From the NCBI GenBank assembly GCA_964252035.1, contig OZ176208.1: a stretch of 64,000 bases of DNA; one strand, 5' to 3'. The notes under the pieces were generated by a model. That model saw nothing but the letters and a program-made list of their open reading frames with translations, was not told the DNA's origin and made no database searches. How positions within the stretch are numbered: the first letter of the stretch is position 1; each line of letters starts with the position of its first letter. This document shows, piece after piece, positions 1-12,093 of the stretch. A program made the translations under genes and the position numbers. The stretch comes from Podarcis erhardii (taxonomy: Eukaryota).

Positions 1-1227
1 GGTAAATTTTCTGTGAAACCTTTCTAGTAGCCATGTAATACACTTATAAAAAGTAAAGCTATTCCTTAACCTTTAGCTTTTATCTTCAACAGCAATGAAG
101 TCTAGGTATAGATGCAATGCTAAACCATAGTTTAGCACTATGAAAACAAGCCTGAGCAAACGTTGGGCTCACATGCTCCCTACTTCTCCAGAACAGACAC
201 CACCAAGAGACTGGAATTGACGGCCATTTTAAAACAAACAGATTCATTTAAATTTTAGATTTTTTAAACAATTCAGGAGCAAACAATGCTTTATGGTCCT
301 AGTATGCTTCAACAACAGCTGTGAACGAGGAGAGAGAAGGGTTTGGAGTGCATAAACCCAGGGCCTACAAGACAAGGTTCTCCCCAGTAATCGCTAAACT
401 ATAATTTAGCACTGTTTGCAAATAGGACCCTAATATAACTGCTTTTACTCATGTCCATCCCTTATTACTTTTGCTTTCCCATTATTCCAATCCCATCCCA
501 TCTGTTTCAGAGGCAGTATCTCAAAGAAGCAAAATGCTGAATAGAAATATCTTTGTGACCTGGCTGTGAGCGTTCAAATACTGAACTTTTGGTCTGATCC
601 AACAAAAAAGTTCTTGCATGAACATTCTAACCTTTCCTATAATCATGTTTTCACATCCTCACTACATTTATGCTATATTTAAGTGATTAATGAATAGTTA
701 TAAGCTTTCCTAGCAATAAGCTTGCTTTTCAAAGAGACAGAAAGCCAGCAATTACAGATCCCCTGCTTTTTGTTATGTGAATCCCTAGTTTGTGCTAGAA
801 TAACTACACAGAGATACTGCTCATTTACCATTTCTCGCTGTAACCCATGGAAACAAGGGAGAATGAAGAATCTCCACCTACTCTTGCATACTCTGTTATT
901 ATACGTACAGCACACCAACTATTCACTGACATCACCTTCCATGCCCTACATCCAGGTGAGGCAACTGAACAAGTAGTAACAGGTCAGACAGAAGGGTGTG
1001 GGGTGTAAAAAGAGAAGAAGAGCTGCGTCAACTTTTATCCCTTCTATCCTGCCTTTCCTTTTTATCCACACAACTCCAATATGGTGAATTCAGAGGGCGG
1101 ACTGTAAATGTTGCACATTGCTGCAATCAGAATTACCCCTAAACTGAGTATTTTATTTTGTTCATGTAAAGTATTATAGCCACCTTTCAAGCTTCTGGAA
1201 AGATTGTGTCAACATTGAAACCTTGGG

Positions 1228-1368
1228 GTTATTTTTGTTGTCGTTTAGTCGTGCCCGACTCTTTGTGACCCCATGGACCAAAGCATGCCAGACACTCCTG
1301 TCTTCCACTGCCTCCCGCAGTTTGGTCAAACTCATATTGGTAGCTTCGAGAACTCTGTCCAACCATCT
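1228..1368 (-). mobile_element. RTE-BovB LINE 3' fragment
   Basis: Translates to RWLDRVLEATNMSLTKLREAVEDRSVWHALVHGVTKSRARLND, the BovB ORF C-terminus, followed by a CAA-like tail. Confidence 0.8.
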
Positions 1369-2221
1369 GGGGTAATTTACCAAGTAGGAAAATGCTTTAT
1401 TCTTTCCCCCCTGTCCAAACTTAATTAAGTCGTATAGTGAAGAGCTCATGAAAAGAACAGAACACTGAGTAATGCACGAAATAATTCCCTCGGGATTATT
1501 TGATGCTGTAACCTGCAAGACACAGGGTTTCAACCACGGGGTTGTGATCTAAGACTCGAGTTGCACACCAATACTTCTACCATTTAAAAAAATGGAGAGG
1601 GGGATTATTTTCAAAGAGAAGTAATATTCAGAAGGACGATGAGAAGGCAAAAGACCACCCCCCCAAGCACGGTTTCTAAAACAGTAAGTAGTAAGAGGGT
1701 CCACAGCCCCCATTATAGGTTGAGGCTAAAAGTGGGTTCCAAGCCCTTAAAGGCTGAAGGAGATCCAGACCTGTCATCATAGCGATTAATTTCCGAGGGA
1801 GGTAAAAAACAACAACCCCCAGACCGTTCTCTTGCGGAGAATCGGGGGTGCGGAGCGTCACCAATTTAAGCGAGATGAATGCAATCAATCCTTGGGAGCG
1901 GGGGGGGGGGGAGAGGAGAGGGGAAAAATTAAAAGGACGGGGGTGCGGCGAAGAGAGCAAGGGGCGCCCGGCCGTCTCGGGCAGCGGCTGAAGGAGAGAC
2001 ACCGGCGCCCGGCCGTTTCTCATTCGAAGCTCATTATGCGGTGGGGAGACGGCCGGTAGTTGCTGCGTAAGGTGAGGAAGCCGGTAGTTATTTGGGGCGG
2101 GGGGGGGGGAGCGTGCCGGGAGCGGGAGTTGGAGGGGGGCCACTTTCCTTCTCGGGGCCTAAGACCAAATGACGGTTGGGAGGCCGGCGGCGGCGGCGGC
2201 GGCGAGAAGGCCGGTTACTCA

Positions 2222-2461
<240 letters not shown>

Positions 2462-2611
2462 TCACTGCGGAGCAACAGCCACCAACCGGCACTTCCTCGC
2501 CTCTGCGCACGCGCGCCCACGCGCGCCAGAGGCCGCCAAGCGGGGACGCCGCGAAACTCCGGCTGCGGCATTCGGCTCTTTCCGCACAGGCTCTCCGGCA
2601 AGCCTCCCCGA

Positions 2612-2631
2612 GTTCGAGAAAGATCTGGAAA
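2612..2631. promoter_or_regulatory. Heat shock element (HSF1 site) in the HSPA4L promoter
   Basis: gTTCg-aGAAa-gATCt-gGAAa: four alternating nGAAn pentamers with one mismatch, about 280 nt upstream of the ATG of a heat-shock-family gene. Confidence 0.7.
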
Positions 2632-3510
2632 GGGGGCAAGGTGAGCAGCGGAGAGAGAGCGAGCGCGCGCGGGGAGGAGGGGGGGCGGTGGCCTCGGTCG
2701 CCATCTTGTGGCCAGAGGTCAGTACTGCCGCTGCTGCTAAGGTGGTTTGGTCGCGCGGCAGGAACATGTGACTTTGGAAAAAGTATTTCTGGGAGGGGCC
2801 TAACGTGACAGAGGCCCGCGCAGCAGCCCTAGATATTGTTATGCAGAAATAAATTAAGCAACGAATTGAAAATCCTCAGAGAGAGATTGGTTAATTATTG
2901 AAATGGGGCTCCCAGGCGCCTGATGAGCAAATAATAGTAAAAGGGAAAAAAATTAAAGAGAAACACTACAACTCAATCGTATTGCATAAGCAAACACATG
3001 TTAAGTGTTCCTGTTGTCCAAAATATATATTACTTACACAATGTATGCAAAGTATACATTATGGTGTGAAGCCTTTGGCCTACAATTTACTCTGACCAGA
3101 AACATTTATGGAGTGTCATGGATGAGGTTTTAAGTGAAATCAGTCCAGGGAACATGGGCATAGCTAGGATTCCAAGGTTGTTGAGCTTTTTTGAGAAATC
3201 ATGGGTAAATATACCCCTCAAAATAGGACATTATGGGGGGAAGGCTTTGGTTGGGGGGGGCAGAACCTCAGTTAATTGAGTACTTTCAATGCTTTTCAAT
3301 ATTTTTTTTGTGGATCTGGGGGGGTGGGGCAGCTGGTCCCCCCTGCTCTCCCTTGTCAGGGGATGACAGTGGAGGTTGGTTTGTTAGGTTGGGTGGGATG
3401 CTGCTCCACCACTGCCCTTATATCCAGTCCAGCTTCCTGGACTTCTTTTTTATATTCAGTTCTGATTGAAACAGTATGAGGTTATTTCCCGCTGCTGCAT
3501 TTCCAATTTA

Positions 3511-3767
3511 CCGTATTTTTCGCTCTATAAGACGCACCAGACCACAAGATGCATCTAGTTTTTGGAGGAGGAAAACAAGAAAAAAAAATCTGAATCTCAG
3601 AAGCCAGAACAGCAAGAGAGTTCGCTGCGCAGTGAAAGCAGCAATCCCTCTTGCTCTTCTGGCTTCTGTGATAGCTGTGCAGCCTGCATTCGCTCCATAA
3701 GACGCACACACATTTCCCCTTACTTTTTAGGAGGGAAAAAGTGAGTCTTATAGAGCAAAAAATACGG
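3511..3767. mobile_element. Tc1/mariner-pogo-type MITE
   Basis: TIRs ccgtattttt(c)gctctataagac / gtcttatagagcaaaaaatacgg with a TA target duplication on both sides. Confidence 0.8.
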
Positions 3768-5251
3768 TACTTCCTTCTTCTTCTGTTCACACCACAGCCG
3801 GCTGGGTGTGTCTTCACCCAATTATTGCTTTTCCTGCTCTGAACACGTCAGTGAAGCTTTTGTTTGTGCATGTGCCATTATTTGTGTGCACGTATCCTGA
3901 ACTGTTCACACCAATTGTGGCTTCCATTTTCAAATCACACTGAAGCTCGTTTGAGGAAAACATGTATGGAAGAGGAGCATTTCTCCAAAAGCTACAGGAT
4001 ACAGATGGATTGGGTCCAACATCACGTGAACCCGGCTTAAAAATCCGGGGTTGGGAGTGCACTGGAGCCACAGTAAATGGAAATGTGGTCACACCCTATG
4101 ATTGTAAGTCTCCACCCCAGAGTAGTCCTGGAAATTTCCACAGGACAACTGTGACATAAGTCCTTGAGGATTTGAAGCTCAATGAGTCATTATTTCATTA
4201 AACCATGATTGCTTATTAACTTATCATTTTCTGTAATTACACAGATTGACATAGCTAAGCAGATCTTATTTCATGTGGGTGTTATATATTATTCTTCATG
4301 TTGTAAATCTGAAGACATGAAAGGGTTTTCCCATTATTAAACAGCATAAATATGTTGCAAGGCAATGGAAGGATCTGTATTTCAATAAAAAGGTAATACA
4401 AGAAAGGGGGAGGGGAACTACGTTTTTTATTACTGTTTTTATTGTTATGTATTTTGCTGCATATTTACAATAAAATCACTTTTTTAAAAAAGGGCCAACA
4501 ATGTATTTTAAGAAGAACGGAATAAAAACGAACATCTTCGCACTACAGAAAAAGCACATTGCCCTGATTTTCAGTGATGAGTTAATTTATACATGTAACC
4601 TGAACTCACTACATGCACCAGCACTGCTAGATATTAATGAAAACTAAATTCCAATGATAAGAGGCTATACAAATGTTTTGTTATAAAAAGACACGGGCTG
4701 ATAGTAAAAATTAATTGGACAATAATATAAATTAATAGATTATCCATTCAATTCATGTCTTGATTGTTCACACTCAACCCCCATCCTCAATACATGAGCA
4801 ACAAAGATCGCACAGAAATCTTATAGATCTTATCAAAAACTTCTGTGATGTTTTGGGGAAGATGTCATACCATTGTGACATGAAACATGGTAACATTCTG
4901 ACACACACAGTGTACCATTGCCTCATGAACTAGACTCCCTTTGCAGGTGGGGGGAAATAACCTTTACAGTGGGCAAACCAGAAAGGTATTTCAGCTGTAG
5001 TTTTATTTCATTCATCACCTTCCTTGTCTATATGTTATTACTTCAGGACTTTGCATAGCACTCTTCTGATCAAGGAGACCTGACTCCCACATCACTTAGA
5101 GGTTGAGGGCAGTTTTGTTCTATTGATTCCACGCCCTTTAGAATCTTCCACACTGTTAGGTAAGCAGCCAAAGGAATGCAGAATAAGGAATGTTCAATGC
5201 TCACTGCTGTCATAGCAGCAGAAGTATTTGCTTATTATGGTTTCCCTAATT

Positions 5252-5374
5252 CAGGTACTTTGGCCCTCCAGATGTTACTGAACCACAACTTCCATCATCC
5301 CTGGCCATTGGGGACATATGAGGGTTGTAGTTCAACACCATCTGGAGGGCCAAAGGTTCCCCTCACATGCCCTG
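5252..5374. mobile_element. Palindromic squamate MITE
   Basis: Fold-back ggccctccagatgt...acaccatctggagggcc. Confidence 0.6.
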
Positions 5375-6784
5375 ATTAATCACAGCATGGTGTCTTCCTG
5401 ACAGCAGGACCAGACAAGCTCTTGCCCCTTTTACAGCTATTCAGGCCAGAATCACAAAAAAGTATGTTTCTGGTAATTGCTCTATGCACACACAAACCCT
5501 ACTCCCATTTGTAACTGATGGACTATGTATTTAATTTACTTTATAAAAAAAAATTTCCTGCCCTTCACCAGGCCCTTCACACAGTGGTGACAATTACAAT
5601 ATGTGAATGTAATGAAGCTGCATTCTATTGAGTTAGACTATTGGGAAATCTAGCCCAACTCTGCCAACTCTGACTAAAAATAACGGCGTTTTTTGGAGGT
5701 CTGCGCAAATGCACTCTGCTGGACCCTCTGTTATGCTGGTGGGCCATCTCAGGCTCATTTGGGAATGGTCATAGGCGCCATCTATGTGGGGCTGTTGGGG
5801 CCCCGGCACCCACAAATTTTCAGTGAAGGGGCTGCCCCCCAAGTTCTACTCAGCAGCACATGCATGCCACGGGGCGGGCATGTTTGACGTCAGCACACCT
5901 CAGGTGCCCTGGTGCACTTGGCAGTGGTGGTGCGGCAACACTCAAAGAGGGACCTGGAAGTGGAGCTGCCATTTTAATTTACTATTATGCTCAAAGAGTG
6001 CCTAGGGTAGTGACACTCTAGAGCACTTGAAGAGTCTTGAAGACCCAGAAATCCAATGTGGTCTCAGAACAATCTGCATTACCCAAATGCTCTTGTGTCA
6101 TCCAGAGTATGTCACAAGTAACTATGTCATAGAAATCTATTGTGAAGAAAACAATTAAAAATGTAAATGAGAGAGAGAGAGAGAGAAAAAAAAAATAAAT
6201 TTCCACACCCAGTGATCTAGCAAAGCAGCGATTACTAGTCAGGGCATGTGTCGGAGGGATTTCTGTAAAACATGCCCTCTGCATCAAAGGAACAGGTTTT
6301 ACTTCCAGTACTATCTTGTAGCAGTTACCTGCACTGCATTGCAAACCGAATACTGAATGATCAGGCCTGAAATCAAGAGGTGATTAAAGGAGTAGTCACT
6401 AGATTTTCATCATTAAATCATTATTTTCCCTTTTCTGATACATATGTCAATGAACTAAAGTGGCCTCTAAGTGTTCCTGCACTGAATAAAATTAAAATGC
6501 AGTGTTTACAGATTTATAGATGTGTATGAGAAGTGCCAGGAAGGGAATAAGGAGGCTAAGCTCACCACAAAATGTCATGTTGGGAGGAGCAGCTACATGA
6601 TGCTGATAGTTTCCCCAAAAGCATTACTTTAGGGACCATCATAGGTAGCTGGGTATCTTACTTGTATCTGTCAGTTTCTAGATACATTTTTGGTGATAAT
6701 ATTTGTTGCACCAAGTTGCTCACAGACCAGAACTCTTTTTACAACAGTTGAGGCATTGCTTCTTCATAATCAGGTGGAAACTGA

Positions 6785-6912
6785 ATGAAAATGGAGGTTC
6801 AATGCAGCATTTAATGCTCTTATCCATGACAAAGGTATTTCTGTCATGTTTATTCATAAGTCTTATTTTAGCAAATGTTCTTTCCAGTCCTAATTGGAAG
6901 TGTACTGGTAAG
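6785..6912 (-). mobile_element. Possible fossil hAT transposase C-terminal dimerisation-domain remnant
   Basis: Frameshifted translation LPV...ERTFAKIRLMNKHDRNT...RALNAALNLH resembles the hAT motif LPV-ERSFSKL-R-RLN-L. Confidence 0.3.
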
Positions 6913-7210
6913 CGGGTCCCATTGGTTTCCTTGATCCAACCCCCTCTTTTTATAGTCTATAGTGAAATAACCACTGTTTCACTATAGACATAGGCCAGCA
7001 CCATCAGGCTTCTTCCTCTTCAGCTGTCATCTAGGGCAGTCATTCCATCAAACTTCCTCAGTGGGAGAGCTGTGAAGCAGAGTTAATTTCATCCCAGCTC
7101 CATCAGGCACTTCCTGCTCATGAACTGTGCAGGCTGGTCACATACCCTCCAAGTGTCCCGATTTTCCCAGGACAGTCCTGGAAATACAGATTACTTGGGC
7201 ATATATACTA

Positions 7211-7441
7211 CAGTGGTACCTCGGATTAAGAATTTAATTCGTTCTGGAAGTCCGTTCTTAACCTGAAACTGTTCTTAACCTGAGGTAACACTTTAGCTAA
7301 TGGGGCCTCCTGCTGCCGCCGTGCAATTTCTGTTCTCATCCTGAAGCAAAGTTCTTAACCCGAGGTACTGTTCCTGGGTTAGCGGAGTCTGTAACCTGAA
7401 GTGTCTGTAACCTGAAGCGTCTGTAACCCGATGTACCACTG
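7211..7441. mobile_element. Tigger/pogo-like MITE
   Basis: TIR cagtggtacctcgg / ccgatgtaccactg, TA TSD, internal taacctgaa repeats. Confidence 0.8.
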
Positions 7442-7469
7442 TAATTGCGTATTTACACATGGGGTACAT

Positions 7470-8095
7470 GGGGTGTTAAAGGAGGGGTAGTACCTCTGGT
7501 GGGAGACACATCTGGGATAATTTGTCCACCTTGGTCTCCACCCTGCTTTCAGCTGTCAGCAGTGGCTCCTAGAAGCTGTCAGTGTGTGGCAGCTGAGAAT
7601 GGCTTAGATTGGCTGGCTAAATCAAGGGAGGGTAGCCGATGAGTCTCAAACCCTGGATAAATTAGGAACTTCCCTCTGCATGTGGTAATCTCCAGCAGAT
7701 TGAGTAGATGAGACCAATAGTGGGTCCAATGACAAAGACAGTTTCTGCCTGTGCTGCAGAGAAGTGAGGGACAGATGGGGTTCAATTAACCTGGGAGGGA
7801 AGCCCATCTAAGAGAAGGAAAACTCTGATCCTAAACCTCTGCTGCCTTGCAGAATATCTCCAGAAGGAAACGCTAAATTGGAGTGAAGTCCCTAAGACTG
7901 TTGGATGGCGCCTTCTATGTCATCTTCTGGCAACTCCTGCAGTCCAGCTGGTGCCAAATGTATTGCTCTGCTTTCCTTTAAACCACATCAGTGAGGCCAA
8001 GATGGGGGTCTTATTGTCTTGGCATCCCAGGGCCTCCATACACACTGCCCAGGCTTGCACCTCGAGGTCACTTTGGTACTGCTAACACAGAGGTT
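7470..8095 (+). mobile_element. Degenerate repeat resembling an RTE-clade 5' UTR
   Basis: The motif aagagaaggaaaactctgatcctaaacctctgctgccttgc resembles RTE/Expander-type 5' UTRs (from memory, unverified). Confidence 0.3.
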
Positions 8096-8583
8096 TGATT
8101 TCACGGCCAGAGGTGCACTCTATTGTCTCTCAAGATATATGGATGCCAACAAGACTGACACTTATACATACACTTTTTTTAAAGTTCCAATATAATGTTA
8201 TAAATGCACAAGCAAATGAAATTGTGTTCTCCTCTTCTAAAGTAGGAAAATCTACACTGTTAATGAGAAAGCGCCTGTAAAGGCTGCCCTAGAACTGCAT
8301 AGAAAAACAAATGTTCTTATCTCTTGACAAATACAGCCTGTTCTGTGAGAAAAGCTACCTTTCTGAGGGCTTCACTAGGGAAGACTATAAATATAATGTG
8401 CCTTGCAACCTCATCCCTGTGCAGCAGGCTGTAAATCATTTTACCAGCATATTCAGTTCCAAACATTATGCCTCCCTTAAGAGCCACAACTGAGTAGCAG
8501 TGCTTATGAAAAACCACTGAACATAACACCTTGTGCGCTCATATACAATTCATTCCCAAGCAAAACAAGTAGGCTTTGGGAGT

Positions 8584-8597
8584 GTTGCCATGGTAAC
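8584..8597. promoter_or_regulatory. Near-perfect palindromic RFX X-box, intergenic
   Basis: GTTGCCATGGTAAC (14 bp), between the SLC25A31 3' end and the HSPA4L promoter. Confidence 0.5.
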
Positions 8598-10229
8598 CAT
8601 CCTGTAGAATTCCTGGACCTTTTGCCCTTAATGGTGGTCATGCTATTGCATCAACGTATTACTGCTGCTTTTATATTTTGTGGTTCCTTCTCTCCTCCAA
8701 CGTCCTATAAAGGTTGAACTGTTATGGTTTACGTGAGATTCAAAAAAATGTAAGAAATACTTTCCAAGGTTCACAAAGGTTGGTGGGGGGGCGTTTTCAG
8801 AGGAGATGGATGGAAAGGGAATCTGGGCGTCCAGATTCTTAAATGGTGGACCAGGGCCCACAACTGATCCTCATGCCATAGCCTACCCAGTGCCTCCTCA
8901 CACACTCAACCAGCCCTCTGGCCGTGCCATAGTTTTGGGTTGAACTGAAGTTCAACCAGCAACTCCCCACACGCTGAGCAAAGGTTGTTGGTGAATTTGG
9001 GAGGGGTGAAGGCAGGTGCTTCCTTCCTCTGAAGGGAAAGGGCCATAGGATGTGCTAAAGGAAATAGTGAGTCCATACAATTGTTAATAATGTAAAGCTG
9101 CTATAGGAGGAAGGACAGAGAGATTAAAGGAATTGACAGTCTGGGTGTGGAGAAATAAGGTACAAATTGAGAGTGAAAAGAAAAGGGGGAAAGAAATTAT
9201 AGATGTGTAAAAATACTTTTGAAAGCTTTAGGGGATACAGAATAAAAAGCTCTGTCCAGATAGAGTCATTATATGAGTAAGGTGTCGCTAAAATGAGCAT
9301 GTCACACTACAATCAGGGCTAATGCCTGAGGAAAAATTAGTTATGAAACTTTGCCAAAATTAGCAATTTACAAAGAAGGATTAATTATCAACAGAATTTG
9401 ATGTCCATAACTGCTGCTTATGCCAAACTCCTCCTCTACCCAACACTATTTGGCTCCACCCTTTTTCCTTGCCATTTTGCGACTTAGTGGGTTCCAGCAA
9501 TTTCCACGCCTCTCAAGTGTGTCCTGGAGGGTAGAAACTTTGAGAACCTCTGCTCTGCTAGATTCTTCTGCAGATCTACCACCTTTATGTCAAAGAACCT
9601 TGTGGCTTTCTAAATGATGGAACAGGAAATAATGACCCATTATTTCCAGGAGGAACAAGAGTGCCATCACCTAAACCTCATCTTCCAAGACCTCTTTTGG
9701 GCTCCCTCTGAAAGTAGGCATATGGAAACGTGGCATACTGAAACGACTGTAGTTTTGTCCTCTCTGAAACACGCTTTCAGGGTGCTGCCAACTGAGCATC
9801 TGTTATCGCCGCAGGTTTATTCTGCAAGCGTGAAAGGAATGCACCAGGGGAAAGGATTCTCCTGCAAGCTTGTTGGCTAGTAGTATAAGAATTAACACAC
9901 TCCCACCATCTGTTGAATGAGAAGTAGATTTTTTTTTTCTTCCTTAATTTTCTATTTCAAGGTGGTGGAAGTCAGCCATTCAGCTGGCAACCCTGAGTGC
10001 TTTTTTACATTTGATTTGGTGAAGGAGTGGGAACCCAACCAGCCTCGATTTCACATTTACTTAACGGTCAAATGTTGTTTTGTATATCCCCAAGGTCGGT
10101 CAGGGTTACATATCAAGCTGGGCAAATCAGTGTCGTTTTCTTGGGTGTGACTAAATTATAGTAGCTTTCAACTCTTTCTCAAATTATTCAAGGCATGTTC
10201 TCTAATGTTCTCTGGCCTGTCCTTCTCAG

Positions 10230-10840
10230 ACTGGTAACACCCGGGTTACAATACTGTAACACACCACTTGTAAAGCTGCCTCTGAAAAGCACCATGGAAG
10301 CTTCAACTGGTGCAGAATGCCATCTCTAGACCATTTACTGAAGCTAACTGCTAAGGATACATCACTTCAGTATGAATAGATTTTTCACTGGCTCCCACTT
10401 TGCTTGTTTATGGGCTCAATTCAAAGTGCTGTTTTTGCTCTTTATACTCCATGGCAGGGATATCTAAAGGACTGTCTTCTTCCACATGAACCAGACAGAT
10501 CTTTTTCTAAGGCCCTTCTTTTGGCGGCCCAACCACAGTAGGCATGTGACTACTAGAGAGAAGGGCAACTCCCTTCTCAGGCATATCTTCCTGGCACCTT
10601 CTTTGTAATCTTTTAAGTGTCGAAGTTTGTCATGTTCTTTGTGCCTTTAATGACTCATAGTTTATTCTCATTTCTGTTTATGTTGTCTTTATCTGAGTTT
10701 CTAATTACCCTCTCTATTGTTTTATCTGCTGTTTTAGTTAGCTATCTCTTGTTGTTATGTTTATTGCATCTTACTACTTCACATTGTTAGCCGCCTTAAG
10801 GCTATTTGGCAAAAGGCCGGATAGAAGTGCTATAAATACG
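10230..10840 (+). mobile_element. Old degraded L2 fragment
   Basis: Degenerate YCNT...KLPLK...KLQLVQNA and cactggctccca...caattcaaagtgct motifs, also seen in the 28280 copy. Confidence 0.5.
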
Positions 10841-11116
10841 TATGCAAGCAAGCTGTCTAGTAAGTACCATAAGCTACATCTATTCATAGCCATTTGCTTT
10901 CCTCCACATTTCTGTAATTTACACCAGAGCAATTCTATTAACTTGGAAGGGATTAGTGTGGAGTTAAAGATTTGAAAATTACAACTTTTGCAAGAGCTCT
11001 GCTACCTTGATGGCTGTGGATATTAAACTGCCTCATAAAAACAGACGGATGTGTGTCTTGTCAGAAAAAGCACCTCATTTCTGATTGCACTAATTTAAAA
11101 AATCTAAAATCTGGTG

Positions 11117-11243
11117 CATGGATAGGGAATCTGTGGCCCTCCAGATGTTGTGGGACTACAACTCCTATTATCTCTGATCATTGGCCATGCTGGTTTGGGC
11201 TGAAGAAAATTTGGACATCTGGAGGGCTGCATGTTCCCCAATG
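11117..11243. mobile_element. Palindromic squamate MITE
   Basis: gccctccagatgttgtgggactacaactcc...catctggagggc. Confidence 0.6.
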
Positions 11244-11387
11244 CTCTCTAGTGACTGGTGCTGACCTTGGCTCATGGAAATCTAGGTTCCAACCTCAGCT
11301 CATTCATGAACTCAACATGGTTTTGTCAAAACAAAATAAAAAAATTCCTTCCAGTAGCACCTTAAAGACCAACTAAGGTAGTTCTTG

Positions 11388-11425
11388 GTATGAGCTTTCG
11401 TGTGCATGCACACTTCTTCAGATAC
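11388..11425 (-). ncRNA. Minimal type I hammerhead ribozyme motif (sequence-intact)
   Basis: GUAU-CUGAAGA-A-GUGUGCAUGCACAC-GAAA-GCUC-AUAC: stem I GUAU/AUAC, core CUGANGA and GAAA, hairpin stem II, palindromic AGCU stem III, predicted CUC cleavage between 11392 and 11391. Confidence 0.7.
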
Positions 11426-11524
11426 TTCTTCAGATCTGTGTATCTGAAGAAGTGTGCATGCACACAAAAGCTCATACCAAGAACTAACTTAGTTGGTCTT
11501 TAAGGTGCTACTGGAAGGAATTTT

Positions 11525-11530
11525 TTTATT
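11525..11530 (-). terminator. Candidate SLC25A31 poly(A) signal AATAAA (inside a Penelope-like element)
   Basis: First canonical AATAAA on the minus strand after the stop codon, about 363 nt downstream. Confidence 0.4.
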
Positions 11531-11892
11531 TTGTTTTGACTATGGCAGACCAACACGGCTACCTATCTGTAAATGGTTTTGTCACTATAAGTTGCCCAAT
11601 TGTTAGATGAAAATAGCAGCAACCTTGGTTTTGACTTGGTAATGAAAATGAGTGACACAACAAATACAAGTGAAAAAACGAAAGCCAGGCATTTGAAAGG
11701 AATGCACACACACAAAAACAAGTAAATGCAACTCTTTATGAAAGGAAACAAATCACGCTTTAGCTGCCTTCAAATCATTAGTGTAAATGATTAGCAGACC
11801 CATGCAAAACTTTTGATTGTTCTTACAGTACTCATCATATAATAATGAATGACATTTTTAACAGTAGGGACAGGTGACTATTATCAGTGACT

Positions 11893-12093
11893 TTAGTCAG
11901 ATGATCGGCCTATTGATGGATCAATATTAAGAAACTCCTTAATTTTGTCATATAGGACCAACACCAAGGCACCACCTGTCCCACGAAGTACATTTGAAAA
12001 GGCTCCCCGAAAAAAGGCATTTAATCCTTCCTGGTTGTATATCTTGAAAAAGCAGTCAATGGTTCCTTTGTACTGACGTTCAGCCTCTCCACT
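11893..12093 (-). CDS. SLC25A31: SLC25A31 exon 6 (201 nt to stop)
   Basis: [66 protein letters not shown] followed by TAA at 11895-11893. Confidence 0.95.
   Translation of the reverse strand, partial: SGEAERQYKGTIDCFFKIYNQEGLNAFFRGAFSNVLRGTGGALVLVLYDKIKEFLNIDPSIGRSSD

Larger units (their letters stand above)
11325..11572 (-). mobile_element. Penelope-like non-autonomous palindromic element (inverted pseudo-LTRs), copy 1
   Basis: 101-nt arms at 11325-11425 and 11440-11540 with 2 mismatches, plus a unique tail to ~11572. A 12-bp direct repeat atggttttgtca flanks it (11317-11328 and 11573-11584). The arm sequence ...gaaagctcatacc...tagttggtctttaaggtgctactgg resembles vertebrate Penelope pLTR ends (recognised from memory, not searched). 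Confidence 0.75.

Noticed and set aside
2095-2140. G-rich potential G-quadruplex in HSPA4L intron 1
   Set aside because: Such tracts are common in CpG islands and nothing here is distinctive.
3100-4500. Possible L1/Tx1 3' remnants (also ~9000-9400)
   Set aside because: Only weak compositional resemblance, too degraded to support a call without a repeat search.
7470-7830. Possible HDV-like ribozyme at an RTE-like 5' end
   Set aside because: I could not identify the nested double pseudoknot by eye and the element is degenerate. A covariance-model search would be needed.
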